Positions 25,255 to 36,849 of a stretch of 64,000 nt of DNA are shown here, in pieces (within the stretch, counting starts at the first letter, position 1; the number at the start of each line of letters is the position of its first letter). Made by a program: the position numbers and the translations under genes. The stretch spans positions 18,538,001-18,602,000 of the forward strand of contig OX597839.1 of the NCBI GenBank assembly GCA_951406725.2, in the 5' to 3' direction. The notes beneath the pieces are model-generated. The model saw only the letters and a program-made list of their open reading frames with translations. It was not told the DNA's origin and made no database searches. This DNA comes from Octopus vulgaris. Taxonomy: Eukaryota.

Positions 25255-25589
25255 GTGCGACATCTAATTATGACGTCACTGCCCTTCGTTGTGTAGATCA
25301 CGTCACGTATTACAGGACGGGCCAGTTTCCGTTTTTGATGGAGCGACAAGTAGCCTGCATTCACGACTTCTACCACCTTTCCTGACTGGTCTTTAATGAT
25401 TGTACTGGCTGCTTTCTTAGGGCATGCCACCTTACACTTGTTGTAAAATACTTCGTTGGGGCGTGACTTGATTGCTGGGAGTTCCCGTATCTGCTCAGGC
25501 AAGGCAGTTGACTGACAAGATAAACTTCCATTAAAGTAATAAAATATGTAGATGTCGACTGGCCTTACTGGAGCACTCTTATTAAGTTT
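25255..25589 (-). CDS. FAM187A: FAM187A-like exon 4 (KLNKSAP...LSCQSTALPEQIR...EVFYNKCKVACP...GSDVIIRCR)
   Basis: cattacag acceptor, AC|GTGAGT donor; 335 nt; includes ORF 25251-25502; SC.S.ALP and C.V.C cysteine pattern. Confidence 0.85.
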
Positions 25590-25923
25590 CTGTAATGAAG
25601 GAATGGGAATGTAGTATACATTTATAATTCATAATTTATAATTAACAATACTTTAGCATTTCAAGACAGTAAAGACCCGACAAATAAAGTGAGTTCATGG
25701 CTCGCAGGATGGCTTGCTATGCTAACCTTTGGACTGTAGGGTGACCTGTTGTGGTTCAGGAGATCTATTGAGTCAAGTACATTAACATCAACATCAAAAT
25801 AAAAATCAAATGGAAACTGTAGCGATACCTGTGCCGGTGGCACGTAAAAAGCACCGTCCAAATGTGGCTGATGTCAGCGGCGCTTGACTGGCGTCTGTGT
25901 CGGTGACAGGTATAAAGCACCAA

Positions 25924-26153
25924 GGCGGCGAGCTGGCAGAAACGTTAGCGTGCCGGGCGAAATGCTTGGCGGTATTTTGTCTGTCGTTACGTTGTGAGTT
26001 CAAATTCCGCCGAGGTCGACTTTGCCTTTCATCCTTTCGGGGTTGATAAATTAAGTACCAGTTATGCACTGGGGTCGATGTAATCGACTTAATACCTATG
26101 TCTGTCCTTGTTTGTCCCCTCTATGTTTAGCCCCTTGTGGGTAATAAAGAAAT
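25924..26153 (+). mobile_element. Full-length family B SINE inserted in an RTE 3'-end repeat
   Basis: 16-bp TSD aggWataaagcaccaa (one mismatch) at 25908-25923 and 26154-26169; A/B boxes. Confidence 0.9.
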
Positions 26154-26869
26154 AGGAATAAAGCACCAACCGATCATGGCCATTTGCCAACCTCCTCTGG
26201 CTCCTGTGCTGGTGGCATGTAAAAAGCACCCACTACACTCACGGAGTGGTTGGTGTTAGGAAGGGCATCCAGCTGTAGAAACACTGCCAGATCAGACTGG
26301 AGTCTGGTGCAGCCTCCTAGTTTCCCAGACCCCGGTCAAACCGTCCAACCCATGCTAGCATGGAAAGCGGACACTAAACGATGATGATGATGATGATAAG
26401 CTGGCAGAATCATTAATACATGGAGCAAAATGCTTAGTAACATTTTGTCAATCTTTACATTCTGAGTTCAAATTCCACTGAGGTCAACTTTTCATCCTTT
26501 ATGGGGGGAGGGGGTCAATGAAATAAATACCAGTTAAACACTGGGGTTGATGTAATCGCCTTATACTTGCCTCTGAAATTGCTGGTCTTTGCCAAACAAA
26601 TTTCAAATTATCATTGTCATCATCATCATTGTATTGATATTATTATGATTATTAACATCCTTCCAGTGGGTATGGTGGTATGTTAGCGAGTCCCTCCCGA
26701 CCCACCAGTGGGTTGTTTCTTAATTTCTTTCCTATGGGCTTTCTGAGAGGTATGGTACAGTGTAAAAATATTACACCACTCATGTCAAAATTAATTAAGA
26801 TATCGTACTGGGACCCTGTGATAAAACATAAAATGAGCCAACGTGTTAAAATAGTTTGTTATTATTATT

Positions 26870-27240
26870 ATTGAGTCAAGTACACCAACATCAAAAATCA
26901 ATGGAAATTGTAGTTGTGATACCCATGCCGGTGGCACATAAAAAGCACCATCTGAACGTGGCCGATGCCAACGCCGCCTTGACTGGCTTCCGTGCCGGTG
27001 GCATGTAAAAAGCACCAATCCGATCGTGGCCATTGGCAGCCTTGCCTGGCACCTGTGCTGGTGGCACGTAAAAAGCACCCACTACACTCACGGAGTAGTT
27101 GGCGTTAGGAAGGGCATCCAGCTGTAGAAACACTGCCAGATCAGACTGGAGCCTGGTGCAGCCTTCTGGCTTCCCAGATCCTCAGTCGAACTGTCCAACC
27201 CATGTTAGCATGGAGAACAGACGTTAAACGATGATGATGA
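26870..27240 (+). mobile_element. RTE-LINE 3' end repeat (family C, (GAT)n tail); many other copies in the window
   Basis: GTGCCGGTGGCACGTAAAAAGCACC repeats and ...GGACGTTAAACGATGATGAT-type end, shared with the 3' UTR of the LINE at 57565-58937. Confidence 0.85.
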
Positions 27241-27467
27241 AGATAGATTAAAAGATAGATTGGTATATATAAAACTGTTTTCTACAGTGAAGGGTAATGA
27301 TATTTTGAGTGGATATATCTGATTTCCACAGCAAAAGGGTTAAAATCAAGTATAAAATAGTGTGGCTTATACACGAGTTAATACAGTATCACCTGTAATG
27401 ATAAAGAAAAGGATGAAATGAATGTTTAAAACTAACAGGATCTGTGAAAATGTTATGGTTATGTTAA

Positions 27468-28057
27468 CCCTTTAGCATTTAAACCATCCGTATCTTATTT
27501 TTTTATTGCCCACAAGGGGCTAAACAGAGGGGACAAACAAGGACAGACAAAGGGATAAAGTCAATTACATCGACCTCAGTGCGTAACTGGTACTTAATTT
27601 ATCGACCCCGAAAGGATGAAAGGCAAAGTCGACTTCGGCAGAATTTGAACTCAGAACGTAACGGCAAACGAAATACCGCTAAGCATTTCGCCCGGCATGC
27701 TAACGTTTCTGCCAGCTCGCCGCCTTCAAAACCATCCATATCTGGCTCAAATTATTCTGTTTTACATTCAAACTGACTAGATTCAGCCTCTCGTACCTAT
27801 CCTACAATGTCATTCTCAAAATGAATAGTCACATCATTGAAATCTTTCCCACCTGGACAGGTGTTCCCACTTCAATGCTTGCTTTAGGGACCCAACACAA
27901 TAAGCTACAGTTAATACAACTAAGATTGAAACATGCGACCAGCTTGCCGCTAGTCACAACACCAGCTGTTCAAGATTTCATGATAATGCGTGTTTAATTC
28001 AAAAGAATGTAAATAAATAGACATTACACTTGACAGAATAATCTGAATGCTAACGGG
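27468..28057. mobile_element. piggyBac-like MITE with a nested family B SINE (~27496-27728)
   Basis: TTAA|CCCTTTAGCATT ... AATGCTAACGGG|TTAA; SINE TSD aaaccatccRtatct at 27481-27495 and 27729-27743. Confidence 0.75.
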
Positions 28058-28116
28058 TTAAATGCTGTGAGATTCTTGCAAGCTTATGGAGGACCCGAAA
28101 CATAGGTTTTGCAGTT

Positions 28117-28406
28117 CTGTATTTAAGAGATGAAGAATTGTTTACATTATTTACATTTGACAGGTATTTGTCCACAGCTTGTGTATTGTTAACACAACAT
28201 TTCAGCTGATATATCCTCCAGCCTTCATCAGGTGTCTTGGGGAAATTTTAAACCTGGGTTCTCATTCCTAAGGTATTTTTCGATGTTATTATTATTATTA
28301 CTATTATTATTCAGGTCACTGCTTGGAATCGAACTCGGAATTTTGGGGTTAGTAGCCCGCGCTCTTAACCACTATGCCATATGCTCATGGGCATATGTAA
28401 ATAATG
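28117..28406 (-). mobile_element. tRNA-promoter-headed element carrying a hammerhead motif
   Basis: 14-bp direct repeat TAGGTTTTGCAGTT at 28103-28116 and 28407-28420; A box 28369-28379, B box 28325-28336; hammerhead motif 28192-28235. Confidence 0.7.
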
Positions 28407-29379
28407 TAGGTTTTGCAGTTGTATTTGTTTTGGAGCAGTGGAACCTTGACATGGTATTATCCCACTTAGGTACTTCTTAGGAGGCTTAGAAGAGAATACC
28501 TTTGAAAATTATATTGTTCGTTCCGTCTGGTCTCTGTGCCGGTGGCATGTAAAAAGTACCATTCGATCGTGGTCGTTTGCCAGCCTCGTCTGGCACCTGT
28601 GCCAGTGGCACGTAAAAAGCACCCACTACACTCACGGAGTGGTTGGCGTTAGGAAGGGCATCCAGCTGTAGAAACACTGCCAGATCAGACTGGGCCCGGT
28701 GCAGCCTTCTGGCTTCCCAGATCCCCGGTCGATCCGTCCAACCCATGCTAGCATGGAGAACGGATGTTAAATGATGATGATGATGATACTTGTTACTTCT
28801 TCAATCTTGAGAGTTATCTGCTAGTTTTTCTTTACCCACCTACACTCTTAGTTCTTCTGTTCCAGCACACTTTAACTTGAACTTTGAGGAACCACCTGGA
28901 CTCGAAGCCCCCTATTAATCATTCTCACTTTCTCTCTCTCCTAAAGGTGAATTACCATGTAGCTCATCTACAAGGACCTGTTTGCCCTTTACTCCTCCTT
29001 CTTCATATTTTATTTGCTTATATCCTTGAGATGGTATAAGCCCACTTAGGTACTATGCAGGAGTCTTAGGAGAGAACACCTTTGGAACTTATATTTTTTG
29101 CTATACCCTTGTCACTTCTTCATTCTTAAGAACTGCTATCAGTTAGTTTTTCTTTATACACCCACATTCCTAGTTCTTCTGTTCCATCACACTTTAGCTC
29201 AAATTCAAACTTTGATGAACCACCTGGACTTGAAGCTCCTACCAATAATTCTCTCTCTGTGTCTCTGCCTGTTGCTCTGTCTCACTCTCCCTCCTGAAGG
29301 TGAATTACCATGTAGCTTCTCTACTAGAACCTACTTGCCCCTTTCTCCTTCTCTTTCATATTTTATATCTGCTTATATA

Positions 29380-29781
29380 GGCGCAGGAGTGGCTGTGTGG
29401 TAAGTAGCTTGTTTACCAACCACATGGTTCCGGGTTCATTCCCACTGCGTGGCACCTTGGGCAAGTGTCTTCTACTATAGCCCCGGGCCGACCAAAGCCT
29501 TGTGAGTGGATTTGGTAGACGGAAACTGAAAGAAGCCCATCGTATATATGTATATATATGCATGTGTGTGTTTGTGTGTCTGTGTTTGTCCCCCTAGCAT
29601 TGCTTGACGACCGATGCTGGTGTGTTTATGTCCCCGTTACTTAGCGGTTCAGCAAAAGAGACCGATAGAATAAGTACTGGGCTTACAAAAGAATAAGTCC
29701 CGATGTCGAGTTGCTCGATTAAAGGCGGTGCTCCAGCATGGCTGCAGTCAAATGACTGAAACAAGTAAAAGAGTAAAAGAG
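29380..29781 (+). mobile_element. Full-length tRNA-SINE family A with internal (TA)n(TG)n; more than 12 other copies in the window
   Basis: A box TGGCTGTGTGG, B-box-like GGTTCATTCCC, ccttgggcaagtg core, tail GAAACAAGTAAAAGAGTAAAAGAG; near-identical copies at 2811-3217(-), 20715-21099(+), 40461-40892(+). Confidence 0.9.
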
Positions 29782-30328
29782 TTATGTCTTATACCCTTGT
29801 ATAACTCCTACTACCTCCACCCAATTTTTCTAGTCTTGTGAGCTACTTGGTAGCCCCATTAGTACTGGCGTCATGAAAAAGCAGCCAGTACACTCTGTAA
29901 AACAGTTGGTGTTTGGAAGGGCACCAGCCATAGAAACCATACCAAACCAAACCAGACAGTAGAGCACACTGGGGTCCTTGAGCCCATCGGATCTTGTCAA
30001 ACTATTCAGCCCATGGCATTATTGAACATGGATGATGCAAATGATGATGATGAAGTGAACACACTTGACTAAAACAGAAACAGCCATGCCCGGACCCTAT
30101 ACATGCACAAATGTACATACATGCTCAAAAAATACATAAACTTAAGTGACTCAACTGGAAAAGAAATTGAAGAAATTTTATGAAAATTACTGAATACTTT
30201 CAGTTTTGATAGACTTTGTCTGAAAGATCACCACACAGCCTTATCTAAAGAACGAAAGAGATTTTTTATTAAAATTTCTTTGCTGGGGTGAGTTGTTGAA
30301 AAAATAGAGTTAATGGAGAAATATTTAC

Positions 30329-30478
30329 CTTTATTGAGCAAAGACCAATTTTTCTCCGAAATCCTTCTTTCCCACACTCACTGCATTTGCTCCAGTTTGA
30401 CCAGGTACTGAATATTTTCAAATTGTTACTTGTTAGGTGTTTCATTGTTAGAAGGCTTTTTGTAGTGTTCTCGATAAC
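30329..30478 (-). CDS. FAM187A: FAM187A-like exon 3 (VIENTT...KIFSTWSNWSKCSECGKEGFRRKIGLCSIK)
   Basis: cactgctag acceptor, AAG|GTAAAT donor; 150 nt; TSP1-like WxxWxxCxxCG..G...RxGxC motif characteristic of FAM187. Confidence 0.88.
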
Positions 30479-30518
30479 CTAGCAGTGAAACAAGTATAAT
30501 TAAGCAAGTCAGAGTAAC

Positions 30519-30524
<6 letters not shown>

Positions 30525-30564
<40 letters not shown>

Positions 30565-31010
30565 CATCATCATTGCCTTTGCGCAGCTTCTAACGCTGGA
30601 GATGTACTACAGTGTCAGTTGTTCACTACTAGTGAACAAAGGTAATGCCTTTATTTTTAGAGCACCTTTCGGAGCATTTGAGCGGTTCCAAGCAGTGCTA
30701 TTTTCTGGAAGTGCTCCACCCTTATTGCAGCCCCTTTTTGTTCCACGTACTTTTCAAGATTTTTGCTCACCGTTCCCAGGGCTCCGACAATTATTGGTAC
30801 TATTGCTACCTTTTTCATCAACCACAACTGCTTAACTTCCCAAGCTAACCTGTCATCTCTCTCAAATTTTCTTTCTTCCTTATCGCATACCTTGTTGTCA
30901 GCTGGGCATGCTATATCTATGATCCAGCATAGTTTATTTCCTTTCTCAATTAAGACTATGTTTGGCTTCCTATTCTCTATCTCATGGTCGCACTGAATCA
31001 TAAAATCCTA
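30525..31010 (-). mobile_element. 3' fragment of an RLE-type (R4/Dong-like) non-LTR retrotransposon ending in (TAA)n
   Basis: RKPNIVLIEK...IIDIACP...PIIVGALG...QKIALLGTAQMLRKVL* is a restriction-like endonuclease C-terminus. Confidence 0.8.
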
Positions 31011-31467
31011 TAGCTCAAAAACCTCCTGGCCCATTTTTTTTCATCCATCTGCTCTCATCCACACAAAGTTCATACTTAATCAGTGTACTCATCATATAAT
31101 CTGTCTTTCATTCTGAGGGAGGAGCCCTTTCTTACCAACAAAGGCAGAAACTCTCCGAACATCACCCAACCCATTCTTATTCTAGTAGCTACACCCTCAG
31201 AACATCCCCTTCCACTGTTTACTTGGTCACCTAAGAAACAGACACTGTCTGCTATTTCTGAGGATCCCACCTGACATTTGATGAAGTCTATTTTTCTGTC
31301 TGTTTCTAGTGTTTAATTGTACCTGTACACCTGACACATACAAAGACTATTTTCCCCTCTTAACCCTCCTCTGATGTTGCTACATCACTAATGTGTCCAT
31401 AGCTTGCACTGGGTACACCTTATGGAGTTTCTACATCCACCTTTTCTACATATTGACCAGGGCCATA

Positions 31468-31470
<3 letters not shown>
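31011..31470 (-). mobile_element. Decayed RTE-clade LINE fragment (same family as 57565-58937)
   Basis: ICRKG..RNSIRCTQCKLWTH and FLGDQVNSGRGCSEGVATRIRMGW segments. Confidence 0.75.
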
Positions 31471-31498
<28 letters not shown>

Positions 31499-31714
31499 AC
31501 GCACACATACGCACCACAGAATGGTCGTGGCTGGAATGCCTTTGATCATAGGTATGTTGTACTATTACTTTGGCTGCTGCATTGTTACTACTACTACTAC
31601 TACCACCACCACCACCACAACAACAACAACAACAACAACAACAAACATGCTTCCAGACCATGTAAAATATCAAAATATACAAAATATAAAAAAAAATTCA
31701 AGTCAGTTTAATAC

Positions 31715-31952
31715 CGCATGGAATTGGACGCTTGTCACTGTTGTTAGATGGTGGATGGCTTCATATTGATTTCTTTTGATGCAGTAATAATAACCATCCA
31801 GATCACTGTTAATTGCTTTGATGATTAAGTCCCGCTTTGGAGTTATTTTGTAGTTTCCATTGGATTGGATGTGAGAAAGTACTGTTCCTTTCTCCTGGAG
31901 ATGTTGCCAGGTCACTCTTGTCTTCATTTCAGTTGTGGTCCCTGGTTTAAAA
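31715..31952 (-). CDS. FAM187A: FAM187A-like exon 2: Ig domain 1 (FKPG...VTWQH...DLIIKAINSDLDGYYYCIK...VQFHA)
   Basis: tccttcag acceptor; TG|T gives Cys; W and DxGxYxC Ig motifs; donor GTATTA (weak). Confidence 0.85.
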
Positions 31953-32254
31953 CTGAAGGACATACAAGCACATATATATATAAAGACATAAATAACAGAT
32001 AAATATTTTGATGAACTTTTATGTAACAATAAGTAAGATCGTAAAATGATGACAAATTGTTTCATAGCTCAAAAACATGCAGTTAGTTTATATTATCATA
32101 GTTGATGCTAGGAGAATGAGAGGAATAAAAATCTGAAGGCTTTCTCTGTGGTTAATCAAGGACAAGGACAACAGTATTTTTTCATCCTGCCTCTAGAACA
32201 ACTAATCTCTCTCTCTCTCTCTCTCTGACTCACCCACTCCACATATAGACTCAC

Positions 32255-32676
32255 CATTGGTGACATTTCAATAATACTCTTTGGCCAGGCTTCGTGATGT
32301 AGGTTTGATAGACAGATCTTCCTCGTGTGTGGGTTCTTTTTATGCAGTCATAGTACTGCGTTAACAAGTCCATCGTGAGGGTGTATGGAAGTTTGTTGTG
32401 CCTTTGGTTGTTCAATTTGTAGACATCATCTACGTTGTTGAGGCTCCGTCTCACAAACATAGTGGATTCCTGTGCCGTTTTCTCATGGACCCCGGGTAAC
32501 TTCATTTCTGGCACCCCAAGCCAAGTTTCGAGGTCTTTCTCTCCATTTCCACTCACATTACTGACTCCACTTCTCGCATGTCCTACACATTCGGTCTTTA
32601 TTATCTGAGCCAGGAAAATAACAAAGCACAATTGTCCAAAGATTGAAGACAAGTAAAACATCTTTCTTGCAAACAT
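32255..32676 (-). CDS. FAM187A: FAM187A-like exon 1: signal peptide, N-terminal region, first Ig strand (...PGQRVLLKCHQ)
   Basis: ORF-track ATG at 32676; hydrophobic LSSIFGQLCFVIFLAQII; donor TG|GTGAGT at 32254. Confidence 0.85.
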
Positions 32677-33127
32677 ATTTTCTGAAACTTTATGAGTTAT
32701 CTATATTGCTGTTTACTTTGTTATTGCTTTGTCTTTTTTAATACAAACTGTTCCTAGGAGCAAACAAGCTGGACTTTTTACTATGGATGCTGTTTATGAT
32801 TAGCAGTAATATATTGTAAGGAAGCAATTAAATATTGTTAGGAAAGGAGACTATCTTCTGACAACTAAGATTCTGTTAAATTTGTAATATTTCAATTTTG
32901 AAAGCGATTTAAGACAACCAGGTATTCTTAGGTTTACAGCGGTTTTTTTATTCTTATTATAAAGTCAACCTCAAATTCCACCGGGTTTGACTTGGCCTTT
33001 CATCCTTGCGGGGTCAGTAAATTAAGTACTCAGTGAAACAGGGAATTTGATATAATCGACTTGTTTCCTCCCCTGAAATTTCAGGCCTTGTTCCTTTAGC
33101 AGAAAGGATTATTATTGTTGCTATTAA

Positions 33128-33192
<65 letters not shown>

Positions 33193-33573
33193 CGTGCTTT
33201 CAGTGCATAACTGAATGTAATGCTCTGTGTTTCATTTCATTTATCTTTTTTTTATAAAATCTGAGAGAAAATTTAGCAATTGAATTTTCTTTTTGTTTGG
33301 TTTGTCTGTTGGACTAATCAAAGAATTGCCACAACAATTGCTAAATATTTTGCCATTTCCTATATTCCTGCATCATTTCTCTCTTGTTTAATTTCCTTTT
33401 ATTATTTCTGACGTTTGGTTTATTTTCTTTGTGTGTGTGTGTGTGTGTGTGTTTATGATTTGCTTTTCTTCTTTTTGTTCCTTCCTTCCTTCCTTCCTTT
33501 CTTTCTTTCTGCCTTTTACTTTGTCACTTTTCTTCCAGTGTCCTGCAATGTCCAATGTTGCTCTATAGTTTCA

Positions 33574-33587
33574 GTTGCCATGGCAAT
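33574..33587. promoter_or_regulatory. RFX X-box-like site GTTGCCATGGCAAT
   Basis: 13/14 match to the palindromic X-box GTTGCCATGGCAAC, ~900 bp upstream of the FAM187A-like ATG. Confidence 0.5.
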
Positions 33588-34398
33588 GCCTGGTGATGTC
33601 ATCATGTGTTGCATCATCATTATACTCTGTGATCAACCACACTCTCATGAATGATAAATGGAAGACCATTCTGTAACATATGGAGAATGTCGGTGTGTGT
33701 GTGTGTGTGTATGGTAATGGGCATTTGTGTGTGTGTGTATATGTGTGTCTGCATTTGTGGTTGCGTTTTGTGTAAGTGTATGTTTTATATATATGTATTC
33801 ATGCATGTGTGTGTGTTTATATGTGTGTATATGTATATACATATGTACATATATATGTATGTATATGTATGTATATATATATGTATGTATATGTATGTAT
33901 ATATATATATATGTATGTATATGTATATGTATGTATATGTATGAATGTATGTATATATATATGTATGTATATGTATGTATGTATGTATTTGTATATATCT
34001 ATGTGTATATATATATGTATATATATATCTATGTGTATATATATATAATGGGAAAGTTTACAAAAATAAACAAAAGACAAAGGCAGGTGGTGTACAAAGA
34101 AACAAATGTTTTAGTATAGCGCTCAGGAATAGATATAGAAAAAGTCTTTTACGTTTCGACTACGCTCTTCAACAGAAAGATACACATAAAAAACAAGGAG
34201 AGAAAAGAATGCGTGTAGGAGCTAACGATCTATCATGGCATCCTGACTTCGGACAGTGGTCAGATGCGAGAAGGACAGTAGGGGAGATAACAGGGTCAAG
34301 TGACTTCCAAAACGAAGGTGGCCCCAACATATATAGGACTGTATATATATTTATGTGTATGTGTATATATATGTATGTATATGAATACATATATATGT

Positions 34399-34432
<34 letters not shown>

Positions 34433-34438
<6 letters not shown>

Positions 34439-34560
34439 TGTATAGAAGGAGCTTTACAGGACTAGTACTGTTTATTCAAGAGAAATCTTCAGAGCTTCCT
34501 GAAGATTTCTCTTGAATGAAACAGTACTAGTCCTGTAGAAGCTCCTTCTATACAATAAAT
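34433..34560. repeat. 128-bp near-perfect palindrome
   Basis: Arms atttattgtatagaaggagctt...cttcag / ctgaag...aagctccttctatacaataaat around a 6-nt spacer. Confidence 0.9.
34492..34544 (+). ncRNA. Type I hammerhead ribozyme motif, canonical core
   Basis: GAGCTTC-CTGAAGA-TTTC(TCTT)GAAT-GAA-ACAG(TACTAGTC)CTGT-A-GAAGCTC; GUA cleavage triplet; weak stem II. Confidence 0.65.
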
Positions 34561-35528
34561 TAATTTTACTCTGCTATGTATTGAGTACCTTACTTACTGT
34601 GGTTAACCCCGAATCAACCCGGGACCTATATATGTATATATGTATATGTACAACCCAGATGTGGATAGTCTAGAACCTAGGTTTTGAACTTTCCAAATTA
34701 TGTTTGTTACTGTAAATCTGAGGAGTTCACATTGGCTAGATTTACCATGACAAAATCTCAAATGTTGCTACATCAATGCCAGTATTTACCCATCTGAAGC
34801 ACCTAGCCATTAACAGACCAAGAACAGTGAAAAAATTATTCAATCGTGCAATGCAGTAGTATTGCTTCCCAGTAAAACAAAGCACCATCAGGTTAAACTA
34901 TAAATAAGATTGTGGTACAACAATTCACTAATATTTCCATGGTTTGTAAGTAATTGAGACATCAACATTCCCGTTAAACAAAATTCCAGTGCGTTGTGGG
35001 GTTTCATGTTTACAGCTGCATGGACTGGAGCAATGTGATGGATTAGTCATGAATGGAATGTCTTTTATGGTAGACCTGTTAGATTGGAGCTGACCTGGTG
35101 CTAAAAACATGTCTGGGTGCAGGTTTGGCTGACCATAACCACATGAGCATGTCCCTTAGTGGATGATATTATGTGCACCTCTGATTATGAGCAGGAGTAG
35201 TGGGGGAGCATTATATCCATGTGTTGAAGGGGATTCTTTGGGTATTCAAATAAATGTAACAAAAGTAAAGTTTGAAGGCAACATTAGCCATTTTTCATGC
35301 TTTCTAGGGGCCAGTAAATAGGAGATAACAGTTGCTACCCAAGGACAAAAATTGTCCTTATACGGTGTTTTTGATGGAAACACAAATATCTGTATATTAG
35401 TATAAGTGATACAAGTTTATTGATACTGTACTGTAGGAGGCAGTGTGAAACTGGTCTGGTGGTCATGGGAAGATGAAGTTCTTGTTTGTAAATCTGTGTG
35501 GATCATAAGAGGTTCTTGACTATTAAGT

Positions 35529-36392
35529 AGGGTAGAATGATAATAAAGTATTGTGGAAATTGAAAATGCTTGAGGCTTAAAATATTGCTTATATTTGATT
35601 ACTAGAATAATGTTAAATTTTTGCTGCTGAGATCAATAAAGGGCATTTACTCTCTCAAGCCCCCTAAACTCCAAAAATGGGGGATTCTTGTAAACATTTT
35701 ACACCAGCAGATTTTGGGCTGTTTGAGGGAGTAAATGTCCCTAGCGAAAATTTAACATTTTTCTAGTGATAATATATAGCAAGATTTTAGGCCTCAGGCA
35801 TTTTCAATTTCCAGGATTTTTTGTTTTCACTCCACCCTAACCCATATGTATGTGTGTGCAGGTTTATAGATGGTGTAATCTAGGGTGGAGTTAAAGTAAA
35901 AAATAGTGGAAATTGAAAATGCCTGAGGCCTAAAATCTTGGTATATATTATTTCTAGAAAAATGCTAAATTTGTAAAAGAATTTACAAAATATTGTGGAA
36001 ATGCTAAACTTGTAAAAAATTTACAAAAAAATTGTGGAAATTGAAAATGCCTGAGGCCTAAAATCTTGGTATATATTATTTCTAGAAAAATGCTAAATTT
36101 GTAAAAGAATTTACTGGAAATGCTAAACTTGTAAAAAATTTACAAAAAAATTGTGGAAATTGAAAATGCCTGAGGCCTAAAATCTTGGTATATATTATTT
36201 CTAGAAAAATGCTAAATTTGTAAAAAAATTTACAAAAATCTCTCAATTTTGGAGTTTAGTGAGCTTGAGGGATTAAATGCCCTTGATTGGTCTCAGCAAA
36301 AATTGAGCATTTTTCTTGTAATCAAATATAGTAACATTTTAGCCCTCAGGCATTTTCAATTTCCCCATTTCTTTTATTTTCCCCACCACCTT
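35529..36392. mobile_element. Two adjacent fold-back MITE copies; the second has an internal ~120-bp triplication
   Basis: Ends tagggtRga / tccaccctaa; subterminal ggaaattgaaaatgcctgaggcctaaaat present in both orientations. Confidence 0.6.
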
Positions 36393-36642
36393 CATTAGTG
36401 TCCAGAAATTTGGTGCTGTAATTGTATTTCACTAATTTGTTTAGTTTTAGCCTTCCAGTTAATTATGGAAGAGAGATGTTGGCCTTCACTTCATTGAAAC
36501 AAAAAGAGAACTGTTTTATTTTCTTTCTTATTCTTTTCATTTTTTTGGCAGGGGAAATGATATTTATGTGAATAGAAATAATATTTAAAAAAATAAATTC
36601 ATAGATAAATCTAATTTTTCGGTATTTCTTTTTTTCCATCAG

Positions 36643-36737
36643 GATGGTACCAATTCTGGCCCATACAGTCACGTAGCTGACTTCTCCGCCATCAAAGAGC
36701 TTGACGCAATCACTAAAGATATCGACGACATGAAAAA
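36643..36737 (+). CDS. Eps15: Eps15 exon: start of coiled coil (DGTNSGPYSHVADFSAIKELDAITKDIDDMK)
   Basis: ttccatcag acceptor, GTATGT donor; 95 nt, phase 2; DFSAIKELD motif as recalled from vertebrate EPS15. Confidence 0.93.
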
Positions 36738-36849
36738 GTATGTACGATTCTCTCACACAAGCAAGCACTTACTGCTAAGTACTTATTTCTGTAAATGAAT
36801 ATATATAAAGGCCTAACCGCCAAGCAATAATGAAAATAATAATAATAAT

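Noticed and set aside
28315-28385. tRNA-like sequence (also at 25120-25195 and 56955-57029)
   Set aside because: A/B boxes are present but there is no closed acceptor stem, and each is embedded in a TSD-flanked repeat; SINE heads, not tRNA genes.
28450-29378. Old ~330-bp tandem duplication interrupted by a family C repeat
   Set aside because: Diverged and non-coding, with no structural signal.
33539-33568. Possible alternative terminal Eps15 exon (CPAMSNVAL*)
   Set aside because: The pyrimidine tract is a CTTC/CTTT microsatellite; no other evidence.
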